A stretch of 30,815 nt of DNA from UHGV virus genome UHGV-0021747. One strand, given 5' to 3'. Both the position numbers and the translations under genes were made by a program. Source of the stretch: a virus. A model generated the notes under the pieces. It saw only the letters and a list, made by a program, of their open reading frames with translations, was not told where the DNA came from and searched no databases. How positions within the stretch are numbered: the first letter of the stretch is position 1; each line of letters begins with the position of its first letter. Shown piece by piece: positions 1 to 8,850 of the stretch.

Positions 1-446
1 AGCTGGTTATCGCTGTTTTCTTCGTTTCTGTCGTTGGTTCTTTTATCTGTTCAGTGAATCATTACCACAATAAAGCCATTGAATACAAAAAACAGCGCGA
101 CGAAAACGCTATGGCATTAGATTCGGCTATGGCGACGATCTCTGATATGCAGAAGCGTCAACGTGACGTAGCAGAACTCGATGCCAGATACACAAAGGAG
201 CTTGCTGATGCTAACGCGACTATCGAAAGTCTCCGTGCTGATGTTTCTGCTGGGCGTAAGCGCCTGCAAGTCGCCGCCACCTGTGCAAAGTCAACGACCG
301 GAGCCAGCGGCATGGGCGATGGAGAAAGCCCAGGACTTACAGCAGATGCTGAACTCAATTATTACCGTCTCAGAAGTGGAATCGACAGGATAACCGCGCA
401 GGTTAACTACCTGCAGGAGTACATCAGGACTCAGTGCCTGAAATAA
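1..446 (+). CDS. Rz: Rz i-spanin (lysis), 5'-partial; reading frame continues upstream of the window
   Basis: Translation aligns along its length with lambda Rz as recalled (QRDENA..., RQRDVAELDARYTKELADA..., C-terminal ...YIRTQC). The frame is open from position 3, so the start lies upstream. Confidence 0.85.
   Translation, partial: LVIAVFFVSVVGSFICSVNHYHNKAIEYKKQRDENAMALDSAMATISDMQKRQRDVAELDARYTKELADANATIESLRADVSAGRKRLQVAATCAKSTTGASGMGDGESPGLTADAELNYYRLRSGIDRITAQVNYLQEYIRTQCLK
208..393 (+). CDS. Rz1: Rz1 o-spanin lipoprotein embedded in Rz in the +1 frame (alternative start at 181)
   Basis: ORF lies entirely inside Rz in another frame. It has a basic N-region, a hydrophobic stretch and a lipobox-like LLGVSAC followed by a Pro-rich segment (SPPPVQSQRPEP), as in lambda Rz1. 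Confidence 0.7.
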   Translation: MLTRLSKVSVLMFLLGVSACKSPPPVQSQRPEPAAWAMEKAQDLQQMLNSIITVSEVESTG

Positions 447-478
447 TTTTTTTGCAAATCACAAAGTCCATTTAATGA

Positions 479-502
479 GCCTCGCGATGCGGGGCTTTTT
501 TA
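479..502 (+). terminator. Rho-independent terminator candidate downstream of Rz
   Basis: GC-rich hairpin gcctcgc-gat-gcggggc (7-bp stem with one G-U) followed by tttttt. Confidence 0.5.
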
Positions 503-648
503 TGTCCGCAGTAAACGCGCTTCACACGCGCGACTTATGAACACAGAACCTTTCAGGATGACCCTTGAGGATGCCGGTTTGGTAATCGGTGCCTTTCTGT
601 GGGCCGGAATCCTGTGTGACAAGGTTCATCACTAAAAGGTAATTACCG

Positions 649-1191
649 ATGAATTATCCAACTATCGTTGACGGCATTGATTTCAAAGAACTGGTTTTTA
701 TTACCAACAATGACCCTGTCACCGATTCATTTATGGTGGCGAAAGCATTTCGTAAGCGACATGACAACGTTGTGCGTGATGTAGAAAGAACTATCTCTGC
801 TTGTCCTGAAGAGTTTGATACAAAACTCAATTTTGAGGTTTGCTATAAAAACAATGAGTTACAGAATGGTAAGCCACAAAAATTCTATCGGCTACGTAAG
901 GATGGGTTGATGCTTTTGGTTATGTCCTACACCAAAAAAGAAGCAATGCGTATCAAAATTGCTTACATCAACGCATTCAACTGGATGTACGCCATGCTTC
1001 AGGTTGGTCATCGTCAATTTGAAGAAGAGAGAAATGCCGTAATGCTGGAGTACATGAAAGAGAAGGATGTTGCCAGCATGTCAGGCCGCCTGCTTAATCG
1101 CTGGGGAAAAATTAAGAAGCCTCAGCTACTGGCGAGAATTGAACGCCTTGAACAGCACGGGCAAACCGTAATCCCCGGACTCACCAATTAA
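649..1191 (+). CDS. rha: Rha-family phage regulatory protein
   Basis: 180-aa ORF whose N-terminal region (FITNNDPVTDSFMVAKAFRKRHDNVVRDVE...) resembles the Rha domain family as I recall it. Position between lysis and terminase is typical for Rha morons. Confidence 0.65.
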   Translation: MNYPTIVDGIDFKELVFITNNDPVTDSFMVAKAFRKRHDNVVRDVERTISACPEEFDTKLNFEVCYKNNELQNGKPQKFYRLRKDGLMLLVMSYTKKEAMRIKIAYINAFNWMYAMLQVGHRQFEEERNAVMLEYMKEKDVASMSGRLLNRWGKIKKPQLLARIERLEQHGQTVIPGLTN

Positions 1192-1286
1192 CGGCAGTAC
1201 AGCGAAACAACCCAAGCCAGTAAGTGGGGAAATAACACTGGCAGCCACTGAAAGATGAACCTCCTGCCTTATGGCAAAAAAGATTC

Positions 1287-1315
1287 TTTGTGGTGGCGGA
1301 CTGATGGAAAGACAT
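1287..1315. repeat. 29-bp direct repeat, copy 1 (tttgtggtggcggactgatggaaagacat)
   Basis: Exact 29-bp match with 1658..1686; seen directly in the sequence. Confidence 0.9.
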
Positions 1316-1410
1316 CGGATAGAATAAAACAGTGGCTAGGGTAGCTCCCGAAAAGCGGAATCGTCACCGCCAGCCACTGAATCTATGACGAACAACTAGA
1401 CGAGGTTGAT

Positions 1411-1653
1411 ATGAGTGAAATTGATAAAATAATAAATGGTACATGTAACTTTCAATCAATACCGCCAGGTAGTTATGTAAAACAATGTAGTGAAATAGTT
1501 AATGGTCAGCTTGTAATGTCAAATGCAGGACGCGGAGTTTCTGTGGATGAAAAAAAATCAATAAATGAAGCCCTGTTAAGCATCAATGTTTTTGACTTGT
1601 TTCGCCCATCTTGGGTTATCTTGCAAAATAGTAGCCAATTCCCACATTATTGA
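1411..1653 (+). CDS. Hypothetical protein (AT-rich moron ORF, 80 aa)
   Basis: ATG preceded by a GAGG Shine-Dalgarno. The ORF is markedly AT-rich relative to its flanks and is bracketed by the 29-bp direct repeats. No family recognised. Confidence 0.55.
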   Translation: MSEIDKIINGTCNFQSIPPGSYVKQCSEIVNGQLVMSNAGRGVSVDEKKSINEALLSINVFDLFRPSWVILQNSSQFPHY

Positions 1654-1657
1654 TAAT

Positions 1658-1686
1658 TTTGTGGTGGCGGACTGATGGAAAGACAT
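1658..1686. repeat. 29-bp direct repeat, copy 2
   Basis: Exact match with 1287..1315; starts 4 nt after the stop of the 1411..1653 ORF. Confidence 0.9.
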
Positions 1687-1723
1687 TCGCTGAATCGATG
1701 ATGAACAAGTGGAAGAGGTTGCT

Positions 1724-1894
1724 ATGGTTTCCGTGAACAAAGATCCGAAGGAAGGCGTTGAATACATCACTGGTGCTGATGGTGTGAAAAGGCCAATGGC
1801 TTATTACAAAGCGGCCGAAGAGAGGGCAAGAATGGAAAATCCCCCTAAATGCGGATCATTTTTCGACATGCTGGACCTTCCATGGAAGTTGTGA
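1724..1894 (+). CDS. Hypothetical small protein (56 aa; alternative GTG start at 1709)
   Basis: ATG with a GGAAGAGG Shine-Dalgarno. Its translation-initiation region is a diverged copy of the one in front of the 1411 ORF. Confidence 0.45.
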   Translation: MVSVNKDPKEGVEYITGADGVKRPMAYYKAAEERARMENPPKCGSFFDMLDLPWKL

Positions 1895-1904
1895 ACAACT
1901 AACA

Positions 1905-1927
1905 GGTCGCTCAGGCGGCCTTTTTTA
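1905..1927 (+). terminator. Rho-independent terminator candidate
   Basis: Hairpin ggtcgc-tcag-gcggcc (6-bp stem, one G-U) followed by ttttttatt. Confidence 0.4.
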
Positions 1928-2033
1928 TTGCCATTACAAAAGCCATTCCCTACAGAGTGGCTTTGATAATGGCTTATACCCTACACGGGATAACTTAACT
2001 GATATCCCTTTTAACGGATAAACGGAGCCAACA

Positions 2034-2276
2034 ATGGCAGAGATTATTCCCATGACTGAAGAACAGAAATTCCAGTTAGAGATTTACAAACTGGTCATGA
2101 ACCAGAACGCAGCCGCAGAAGAAGCATTTCAGTTCATTGGCACTGACGAACTGAAGCTTGAGCTATTCAAAATTCACTTCCAGTCAGGCGGCGCTAATTC
2201 AGATATCACGACCCGCACTATCGAAGCGGTGCGTAAATCGAAGGAAGCGTTAGACCTGTTCACTACCGGAGCATGA
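2034..2276 (+). CDS. Hypothetical protein (80 aa)
   Basis: ORF with a GGAG Shine-Dalgarno, co-directional with the late genes; no family recognised. Confidence 0.5.
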   Translation: MAEIIPMTEEQKFQLEIYKLVMNQNAAAEEAFQFIGTDELKLELFKIHFQSGGANSDITTRTIEAVRKSKEALDLFTTGA

Positions 2277-2277
2277 T

Positions 2278-2457
2278 GTGAGCCGCGTAATCAATTTGGG
2301 TAAGGAGAAGAAATTCCCAATTACTCAAGAGCTATACGAGAGGCTGGAAAGCGTCATCCATGATTACGATGGTGAAATCAGTTTATGCGAGGCGATTGGC
2401 ACACTCGAATTGCTGAAGCAGTCACTGATTGAAAGCGCGAAAGAGTCCTCAGCCTGA
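2278..2457 (+). CDS. Hypothetical small protein (59 aa, GTG start)
   Basis: Hand-translated ORF not in the supplied track. GTG is 1 nt after the upstream stop with GGAG about 8 nt upstream. Fills the gap before terS. Confidence 0.3.
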   Translation: MSRVINLGKEKKFPITQELYERLESVIHDYDGEISLCEAIGTLELLKQSLIESAKESSA

Positions 2458-2474
2458 AATAACGATTAAGTGAG

Positions 2475-2903
2475 ATGAATATGGCGACTGAACCAAAAGC
2501 TGGTCGCCCCTCTGATTATATGCCGGAGGTGGCTGACGATATCTGCTCGTTGCTTTCTTCTGGCGAAAGTTTGCTGAAAGTATGTAAGCGTCCTGGTATG
2601 CCGGATAAGTCCACTGTTTTCCGCTGGTTGGCAAAGCATGAGGATTTTCGCGACAAGTACGCGAAGGCAACTGAGGCACGAGCTGATTCTATTTTCGAAG
2701 AGATATTCGAAATTGCTGACAATGCGATTCCAGATGCTGCCGAGGTGGCAAAGGCAAGACTTCGCGTTGATACCCGCAAATGGGCGCTGGCCAGAATGAA
2801 TCCCCGTAAGTATGGCGACAAGGTAACTAATGAGCTTGTCGGCAAAGACGGTGGCGCAATCCAGATTGAAACATCACCGATGAGCACTCTATTCGGAAAA
2901 TGA
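2475..2903 (+). CDS. terS: Terminase small subunit (Terminase_2-like)
   Basis: N-terminal motif KAGRPSDYMPEVADDICSLL...GMPDKSTVFRWLAKHEDFRDKYA is typical of this small-terminase family. The stop overlaps the terL start as ATGA. Confidence 0.8.
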   Translation: MNMATEPKAGRPSDYMPEVADDICSLLSSGESLLKVCKRPGMPDKSTVFRWLAKHEDFRDKYAKATEARADSIFEEIFEIADNAIPDAAEVAKARLRVDTRKWALARMNPRKYGDKVTNELVGKDGGAIQIETSPMSTLFGK

Positions 2904-4312
2904 CCTTGATTAATCCTATCTTTGAACCGTTTATTGAGGCGCATCGCTACAAAGTCGCCAAAGGCGGTCGAGGTAGCGGTAAATCATGGGCAATTGCGAG
3001 GCTGCTTGTTGAAGCGGCGCGTCGGCAGCCTGTGCGTATTCTCTGCGCTCGTGAACTGCAAAACAGTATCAGCGATTCGGTAATCCGGTTGCTTGAAGAC
3101 ACCATAGAGCGGGAAGGGTATTCGGCTGAGTTTGAAATTCAGCGTTCAATGATTCGTCATCTCGGAACGAATGCTGAATTCATGTTCTACGGCATAAAAA
3201 ACAACCCGACGAAGATTAAATCGCTCGAAGGCATTGATATCTGCTGGGTGGAAGAAGCGGAAGCGGTAACGAAGGAATCATGGGATATCCTGATACCAAC
3301 CATCCGTAAGCCGTTCTCTGAAATATGGGTGAGCTTTAACCCGAAAAACATCCTCGACGATACCTATCAGCGATTCGTCGTAAATCCTCCCGATGATATT
3401 TGCCTGCTGACGGTGAACTACACCGACAACCCGCACTTTCCTGAAGTCCTCCGTCTGGAGATGGAAGAGTGTAAACGCAGAAACCCGACACTGTATCGTC
3501 ACATCTGGCTTGGTGAGCCAGTAAGCGCAAGTGATATGGCAATCATCAAACGTGAATGGCTTGAAGCCGCAACCGATGCGCACAAGAAACTCGGATGGAA
3601 AGCGAAAGGCGCTGTTGTTTCTGCACATGACCCGTCAGATACAGGGCCGGATGCTAAAGGTTATGCATCGCGTCACGGTTCGGTAGTTAAGCGCATTGCC
3701 GAAGGTCTGCTGATGGACATCAACGAGGGGGCTGACTGGGCTACTTCGCTGGCGATTGAAGACGGTGCTGACCACTACTTGTGGGATGGTGATGGTGTCG
3801 GTGCAGGGCTACGCAGACAGACGACGGAAGCGTTCTCCGGTAAGAAAATCACCGCCACGATGTTCAAGGGCAGCGAATCGCCATTTGATGAAGATGCACC
3901 ATATCAGGCTGGAGCATGGGCTGATGAAGTCGTGCAGGGCGACAACGTTCGCACTATTGGCGATGTGTTCCGCAATAAGCGAGCGCAATTCTATTACGCG
4001 CTGGCTGACAGGCTGTATCTGACATATCGGGCGGTTGTTCACGGTGAGTATGCAGACCCCGACGACATGCTGAGTTTCGACAAAGAAGCGATAGGCGAGA
4101 AGATGCTGGAGAAGCTGTTTGCAGAACTGACGCAGATTCAGCGCAAATTCAATAACAACGGGAAGCTTGAGCTAATGACTAAGGTCGAAATGAAGCAGAA
4201 GCTCGGTATTCCATCTCCTAACCTGGCTGATGCGCTGATGATGTGTATGCATTGCCCGGCATTGGTCCGCGAAGAAACAGAAATATACGTTCCCTCATCC
4301 TCCGGTTGGTAA
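2900..4312 (+). CDS. terL: Terminase large subunit (PBSX/Sf6-type, headful packaging)
   Basis: Walker A KGGRGSGKS near the N-terminus, 470 aa, and a strong resemblance to the Sf6 gp2-type large terminase as recalled. Confidence 0.95.
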   Translation: MTLINPIFEPFIEAHRYKVAKGGRGSGKSWAIARLLVEAARRQPVRILCARELQNSISDSVIRLLEDTIEREGYSAEFEIQRSMIRHLGTNAEFMFYGIKNNPTKIKSLEGIDICWVEEAEAVTKESWDILIPTIRKPFSEIWVSFNPKNILDDTYQRFVVNPPDDICLLTVNYTDNPHFPEVLRLEMEECKRRNPTLYRHIWLGEPVSASDMAIIKREWLEAATDAHKKLGWKAKGAVVSAHDPSDTGPDAKGYASRHGSVVKRIAEGLLMDINEGADWATSLAIEDGADHYLWDGDGVGAGLRRQTTEAFSGKKITATMFKGSESPFDEDAPYQAGAWADEVVQGDNVRTIGDVFRNKRAQFYYALADRLYLTYRAVVHGEYADPDDMLSFDKEAIGEKMLEKLFAELTQIQRKFNNNGKLELMTKVEMKQKLGIPSPNLADALMMCMHCPALVREETEIYVPSSSGW

Positions 4313-4314
4313 AC

Positions 4315-6441
4315 ATGGCAGAGACATTAGAGAAAAAACATGAGCGGATCATGCTCAGGTTTGACCGCGCCTATTCTCCACAGCAGGAAGTGCGCGAAAA
4401 GTGCATTGAAGCTACGAGGTTTGCTCGTGTCCCCGGAGGTCAATGGGAAGGAGCAACGGCGGCTGGAACTAAGCTTGATGAGCAGTTCGAGAAGTATCCT
4501 AAGTTTGAAATCAATAAGGTAGCAACTGAACTTAACCGCATCATTGCAGAATACCGCAATAACAGAATCACCGTTAAGTTTCGTCCTGGTGACAGAGAGG
4601 CAAGCGAAGAGTTAGCCAATAAATTAAATGGTCTGTTCCGTGCTGACTACGAAGAAACTGATGGCGGTGAGGCTTGCGATAATGCATTTGACGACGCTGC
4701 TACTGGTGGTTTCGGTTGCTTCCGTTTGACGTCGATGCTGGTCAATGAATACGACCCCATGGACGATCGTCAGCGTATTGCTATTGAACCAATATACGAC
4801 CCGTCGCGCTCTGTGTGGTTTGACCCTGACGCTAAGAAGTACGACAAATCTGACGCGTTGTGGGCGTTCTGCATGTATTCGTTGTCACCTGAAAAATATG
4901 AGGCTGAATACGGAAAGAAACCTCCTGCTTCTCTGGACGTAACGTCTATGACCAGTTGGGAATATGACTGGTTTGATGCAGATGTTATTTACATAGCGAA
5001 GTATTACGAAGTTCGTAAAGAGTCTGTTGATGTTATCAGTTATCGACATCCAATCACTGGAGAGATTGCAACATACGACAGTGATCAGGTTGAAGATATT
5101 GAAGATGAACTGGCAATAGCTGGATTTCAGGAAGTGGCAAGGCGCTCAGTGAAGCGCCGTCGTGTGTATGTATCCGTAGTGGATGGTGATGGTTTCCTTG
5201 AGAAACCTCGACGTATTCCTGGTGAGCATATCCCCCTCATCCCGGTTTATGGAAAACGCTGGTTCATTGATGATATTGAGCGTGTCGAAGGGCACATTGC
5301 AAAAGCAATGGATCCACAGCGTTTGTACAACCTTCAGGTTTCAATGCTGGCTGATACTGCAGCGCAAGACCCCGGTCAGATCCCTATAGTTGGCATGGAG
5401 CAAATTCGTGGACTTGAGAAGCACTGGGAGGCTCGCAACAAGAAACGCCCAGCGTTCTTGCCGTTGCGCGAAGTGAGAGATAAATCTGGCAACATTATCG
5501 CTGGAGCTACCCCGGCAGGATATACACAGCCTGCGGTTATGAATCAGGCATTGGCTGCATTACTACAGCAAACCAGTGCTGATATTCAGGAGGTTACAGG
5601 CGGCAGTCAGGCCATGCAGCAGATGCCAAGTAATATTGCTCAGGAAACGGTTAACAACTTGATGAACAGAGCAGATATGGCTTCGTTTATCTATCTGGAC
5701 AATATGGCGAAAAGTCTTAAACGCGCTGGTGAAGTATGGCTGTCAATGGCGCGTGAAGTGTACGGTTCAGAACGTGAAGTGCGCATCGTTAACGAAGATG
5801 GAAGTGATGATATCGCTGTCCTGAGCGCACAGGTTGTTGACAGGCAAACAGGGGCTGTTGTTGCGTTAAATGACCTTTCTGTCGGTCGATACGATGTGAC
5901 GGTTGATGTTGGACCAAGCTACACAGCACGACGTGATGCAACGGTTTCTGTACTGACAAATGTCCTTAGCTCTATGCTTCCAACAGACCCAATGCGCCCG
6001 GCAATTCAGGGTATTATTCTGGACAATATCGATGGCGAAGGCCTTGATGACTTCAAAGAGTACAACCGAAACCAACTGCTGATATCTGGTATTGCAAAAC
6101 CACGCAATGAGAAAGAGCAGCAGATTGTTCAACAGGCGCAAATGGCAGCACAAAGCCAGCCAAATCCTGAAATGGTTCTCGCTCAGGCGCAAATGGTAGC
6201 AGCGCAGGCAGAAGCGCAAAAAGCAACTAACGAAACTGCTCAAACTCAAATCAAAGCATTTACTGCCCAGCAGGATGCGATGGAGAGTCAGGCAAACACT
6301 GTCTATAAACTGGCTCAAGCCAGAAACATCGATGACAAAGCAGTGATGGAGGCAATACGCCTTCTGAAAGATGTCGCCGAGTCACAACAACAGCAATTCC
6401 AGTCACCACCACAGTCACCGGCAGACTTAATGCCGAGTTAA
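4315..6441 (+). CDS. Portal protein (P22 gp1-like)
   Basis: Multiple blocks match the P22 portal as recalled (EFYEV..., KRRRVY..., AGEHIP..PV.G, NxRADxxxFxxDNxA, GRYxxxxDVGPS). Start chosen at ATG 4315 (MAETLEKK) just after the terL stop, not the upstream 4243. Confidence 0.9.
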   Translation: MAETLEKKHERIMLRFDRAYSPQQEVREKCIEATRFARVPGGQWEGATAAGTKLDEQFEKYPKFEINKVATELNRIIAEYRNNRITVKFRPGDREASEELANKLNGLFRADYEETDGGEACDNAFDDAATGGFGCFRLTSMLVNEYDPMDDRQRIAIEPIYDPSRSVWFDPDAKKYDKSDALWAFCMYSLSPEKYEAEYGKKPPASLDVTSMTSWEYDWFDADVIYIAKYYEVRKESVDVISYRHPITGEIATYDSDQVEDIEDELAIAGFQEVARRSVKRRRVYVSVVDGDGFLEKPRRIPGEHIPLIPVYGKRWFIDDIERVEGHIAKAMDPQRLYNLQVSMLADTAAQDPGQIPIVGMEQIRGLEKHWEARNKKRPAFLPLREVRDKSGNIIAGATPAGYTQPAVMNQALAALLQQTSADIQEVTGGSQAMQQMPSNIAQETVNNLMNRADMASFIYLDNMAKSLKRAGEVWLSMAREVYGSEREVRIVNEDGSDDIAVLSAQVVDRQTGAVVALNDLSVGRYDVTVDVGPSYTARRDATVSVLTNVLSSMLPTDPMRPAIQGIILDNIDGEGLDDFKEYNRNQLLISGIAKPRNEKEQQIVQQAQMAAQSQPNPEMVLAQAQMVAAQAEAQKATNETAQTQIKAFTAQQDAMESQANTVYKLAQARNIDDKAVMEAIRLLKDVAESQQQQFQSPPQSPADLMPS

Positions 6442-6454
6442 CCAGGAGTAATCA

Positions 6455-7339
6455 ATGGAAAACGAACTGATCATCGACGGTCAGGTTATTGACCTGTCTG
6501 AAACACAGGAAAATGCAGAAGAAACCATCATCCAAACAGAGTCACAGCCTGAGAATGAAAGCCAGGATGACAACGGTAAAGAGGTGGCAACTGAGCCTGA
6601 AAAAACAGAAGAGACACCAGAAGATTACGCCTTGCGTATTGGTGATGAAGAAATTCAGCTTAACGCTGACGATGATGATCACATTGACGGGCAACCTGCA
6701 CCGCAATGGGTGAAAGATCTTCGCAAAGGCTTCAAAGAAACACAGAAAGAAAACCGTGAGTTGCGCCGCCAGCTTGAGGAAGCATTAGCCAAGCCTGCGG
6801 AACATCAGCAACCACAACAAGACGCTATTCCACCAAAACCGACTCTTGAGTCGTGTGATTATGACGAACAGGCGTTTGAACAGGCATTGACTGATTGGCA
6901 TGAGAAAAAAGGCCGTGTCGAACAGCAGCAGCAACAAAAACTACGTCAGCAACAGGAATACCAACAGCGTTTCCAGCAAAGGGTAGAAGCGCATAAACAA
7001 CGGGCAGCCAAACTTCCTGTGAAAGATTATCAGGAAATGGAGGCCATTGTTCTTAGTGAGCTACCACCAATTCAGCAGGAAATCATCATTCACTGTGCAG
7101 ACGAAGGCTCTGAACTACTCGCCTATGGCTTAGGTAAGAGCCAGCAATTACGCCAGCGTGTAGCCGCTGAGACAGATCCAATTCGCGCAGCATTCCTCTT
7201 GGGGCAGATTAGCAAACAGGTAAGCCTTGCTCCAAAACCAAAGAAAGCCATCAAGCCAGAGCCGGAAGTACGTGGTGGCGGTGCTGATGCGAAACAAGAC
7301 GAATTCAACAAATTATGCCCCGGCGCAAAAATCGAATAA
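6455..7339 (+). CDS. Scaffolding protein (P22 gp8-like)
   Basis: Acidic, Gln-rich 294-aa protein between portal and coat; the C-terminal region resembles the P22 scaffold coat-binding helix-turn-helix. Confidence 0.75.
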   Translation: MENELIIDGQVIDLSETQENAEETIIQTESQPENESQDDNGKEVATEPEKTEETPEDYALRIGDEEIQLNADDDDHIDGQPAPQWVKDLRKGFKETQKENRELRRQLEEALAKPAEHQQPQQDAIPPKPTLESCDYDEQAFEQALTDWHEKKGRVEQQQQQKLRQQQEYQQRFQQRVEAHKQRAAKLPVKDYQEMEAIVLSELPPIQQEIIIHCADEGSELLAYGLGKSQQLRQRVAAETDPIRAAFLLGQISKQVSLAPKPKKAIKPEPEVRGGGADAKQDEFNKLCPGAKIE

Positions 7340-7350
7340 GGAAAAGATAA

Positions 7351-8622
7351 ATGCCTAACAATCTCGACAGTAACGTCAGTCAAATCGTTCTGAAAAAATT
7401 CCTTCCTGGTTTTATGTCAGATTTAGTTCTGGCGAAAACCGTAGACCGTCAGTTGCTGGCAGGTGAAATCAACTCCAGCACTGGCGATAGCGTTAGCTTT
7501 AAACGTCCGCATCAATTCTCATCCCTCCGTACTCCCACTGGTGATATTTCAGGGAAAAATAAAAACAACCTGATCTCAGGTAAAGCTACGGGGCGTGTAG
7601 GTAACTACATCACTGTTGCTGTTGAATATCAGCAACTGGAGGAAGCGATCAAGCTTAACCAACTGGAAGAAATTCTCGCGCCGGTTCGCCAGCGAATCGT
7701 TACCGACCTTGAAACAGAGCTTGCTCACTTCATGATGAATAACGGTGCGTTGTCACTTGGTAGCCCCAATACTCCAATCACCAAATGGTCTGATGTTGCG
7801 CAGACGGCATCTTTCCTGAAAGACCTCGGCGTTAATGAAGGTGAAAACTATGCTGTAATGGATCCATGGTCTGCACAGCGACTTGCTGATGCGCAGACTG
7901 GTTTGCACGCTTCAGATCAATTGGTTCGTACTGCATGGGAGAATGCGCAGATTCCAACCAATTTTGGCGGCATTCGCGCACTGATGTCTAATGGGCTTGC
8001 CTCTCGTACGCAGGGGGCATTTGGCGGAACACTGACAGTCAAAACACAGCCAACTGTTACCTATAACGCAGTTAAAGACTCATACCAGTTCACTGTAACA
8101 TTGACCGGAGCGACAGCCAGCGTTACAGGTTTTCTGAAAGCTGGTGATCAGGTTAAATTCACCAATACCTACTGGCTGCAACAGCAGACCAAACAGGCGT
8201 TGTATAACGGAGCCACACCAATTAGCTTCACTGCAACGGTTACTGCTGATGCTAATTCAGACAGCAGTGGCGATGTGACGGTTACACTTTCTGGTGTTCC
8301 GATTTATGACACTACAAACCCGCAGTACAACTCTGTAAGTCGTCAGGTAGCGGCAGGCGATGCCGTATCTGTAGTAGGCACTGCTAGCCAGACAATGAAG
8401 CCAAACCTGTTCTATAACAAGTTCTTCTGTGGACTTGGCTCTATCCCACTGCCGAAACTGCACAGTATTGATTCTGCTGTTGCAACATATGAAGGTTTCT
8501 CCATCCGCGTACATAAATACGCAGATGGCGATGCCAACGTGCAAAAAATGCGCTTTGACTTACTGCCTGCATATGTATGCTTTAACCCTCACATGGGCGG
8601 TCAGTTCTTCGGTAATCCGTAA
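7351..8622 (+). CDS. Major capsid (coat) protein
   Basis: 423-aa ORF in the coat position, followed by a strong terminator as in P22-like phages. Confidence 0.85.
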   Translation: MPNNLDSNVSQIVLKKFLPGFMSDLVLAKTVDRQLLAGEINSSTGDSVSFKRPHQFSSLRTPTGDISGKNKNNLISGKATGRVGNYITVAVEYQQLEEAIKLNQLEEILAPVRQRIVTDLETELAHFMMNNGALSLGSPNTPITKWSDVAQTASFLKDLGVNEGENYAVMDPWSAQRLADAQTGLHASDQLVRTAWENAQIPTNFGGIRALMSNGLASRTQGAFGGTLTVKTQPTVTYNAVKDSYQFTVTLTGATASVTGFLKAGDQVKFTNTYWLQQQTKQALYNGATPISFTATVTADANSDSSGDVTVTLSGVPIYDTTNPQYNSVSRQVAAGDAVSVVGTASQTMKPNLFYNKFFCGLGSIPLPKLHSIDSAVATYEGFSIRVHKYADGDANVQKMRFDLLPAYVCFNPHMGGQFFGNP

Positions 8623-8626
8623 TAAC

Positions 8627-8653
8627 AAGGGGCTTCCGCCCCTTTTATGTTTT
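8627..8653 (+). terminator. Rho-independent terminator after the coat gene
   Basis: Hairpin aaggggc-ttcc-gcccctt followed by ttatgtttt. Confidence 0.6.
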
Positions 8654-8664
8654 AAGGAAACAAT

Positions 8665-8850
8665 ATGGATCGCATGAGTGTATTCCTTGCCGCAGATAAC
8701 GAATCCGGACATGTACAGGCCGTTATCGCAGATAAAGACTTACTGTTTTTCGAAAAGTTGGGCTTTGTTGCCTCAGTTGATGAATTGAAACCGACCAGTA
8801 AGCGATGTCGTAAGGCGGCAGACAATGGCAACAGTACTGACAAAGGGTGA
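8665..8850 (+). CDS. Hypothetical small protein (61 aa), overlaps the gp4 start
   Basis: AAGGA Shine-Dalgarno 6 nt before the ATG; overlaps gp4 by 26 nt in another frame, so it is uncertain. Confidence 0.3.
   Translation: MDRMSVFLAADNESGHVQAVIADKDLLFFEKLGFVASVDELKPTSKRCRKAADNGNSTDKG

Noticed and set aside
537-635. 32-aa hydrophobic ORF downstream of the Rz terminator
   Set aside because: No Shine-Dalgarno and very short; cannot be supported from sequence alone, though a small membrane peptide is not excluded.
2516-2944. 142-aa minus-strand ORF opposite terS
   Set aside because: Antisense to the terminase small subunit, which has a clear family signature; no ribosome-binding site.
4243-4314. 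Upstream extension of the portal ORF (start at 4243)
   Set aside because: It overlaps the terL 3' end by 70 nt. The ATG at 4315 lies right after the terL stop and gives a more plausible portal N-terminus.
5866-6318. 150-aa minus-strand ORF inside the portal gene
   Set aside because: Antisense to a confidently assigned portal gene; Cys/Leu-rich, low-complexity translation.
6880-6970. CAG/CAA-rich low-complexity stretch
   Set aside because: Lies inside the scaffold gene and encodes a Gln-rich segment; not a microsatellite or mobile-element feature.
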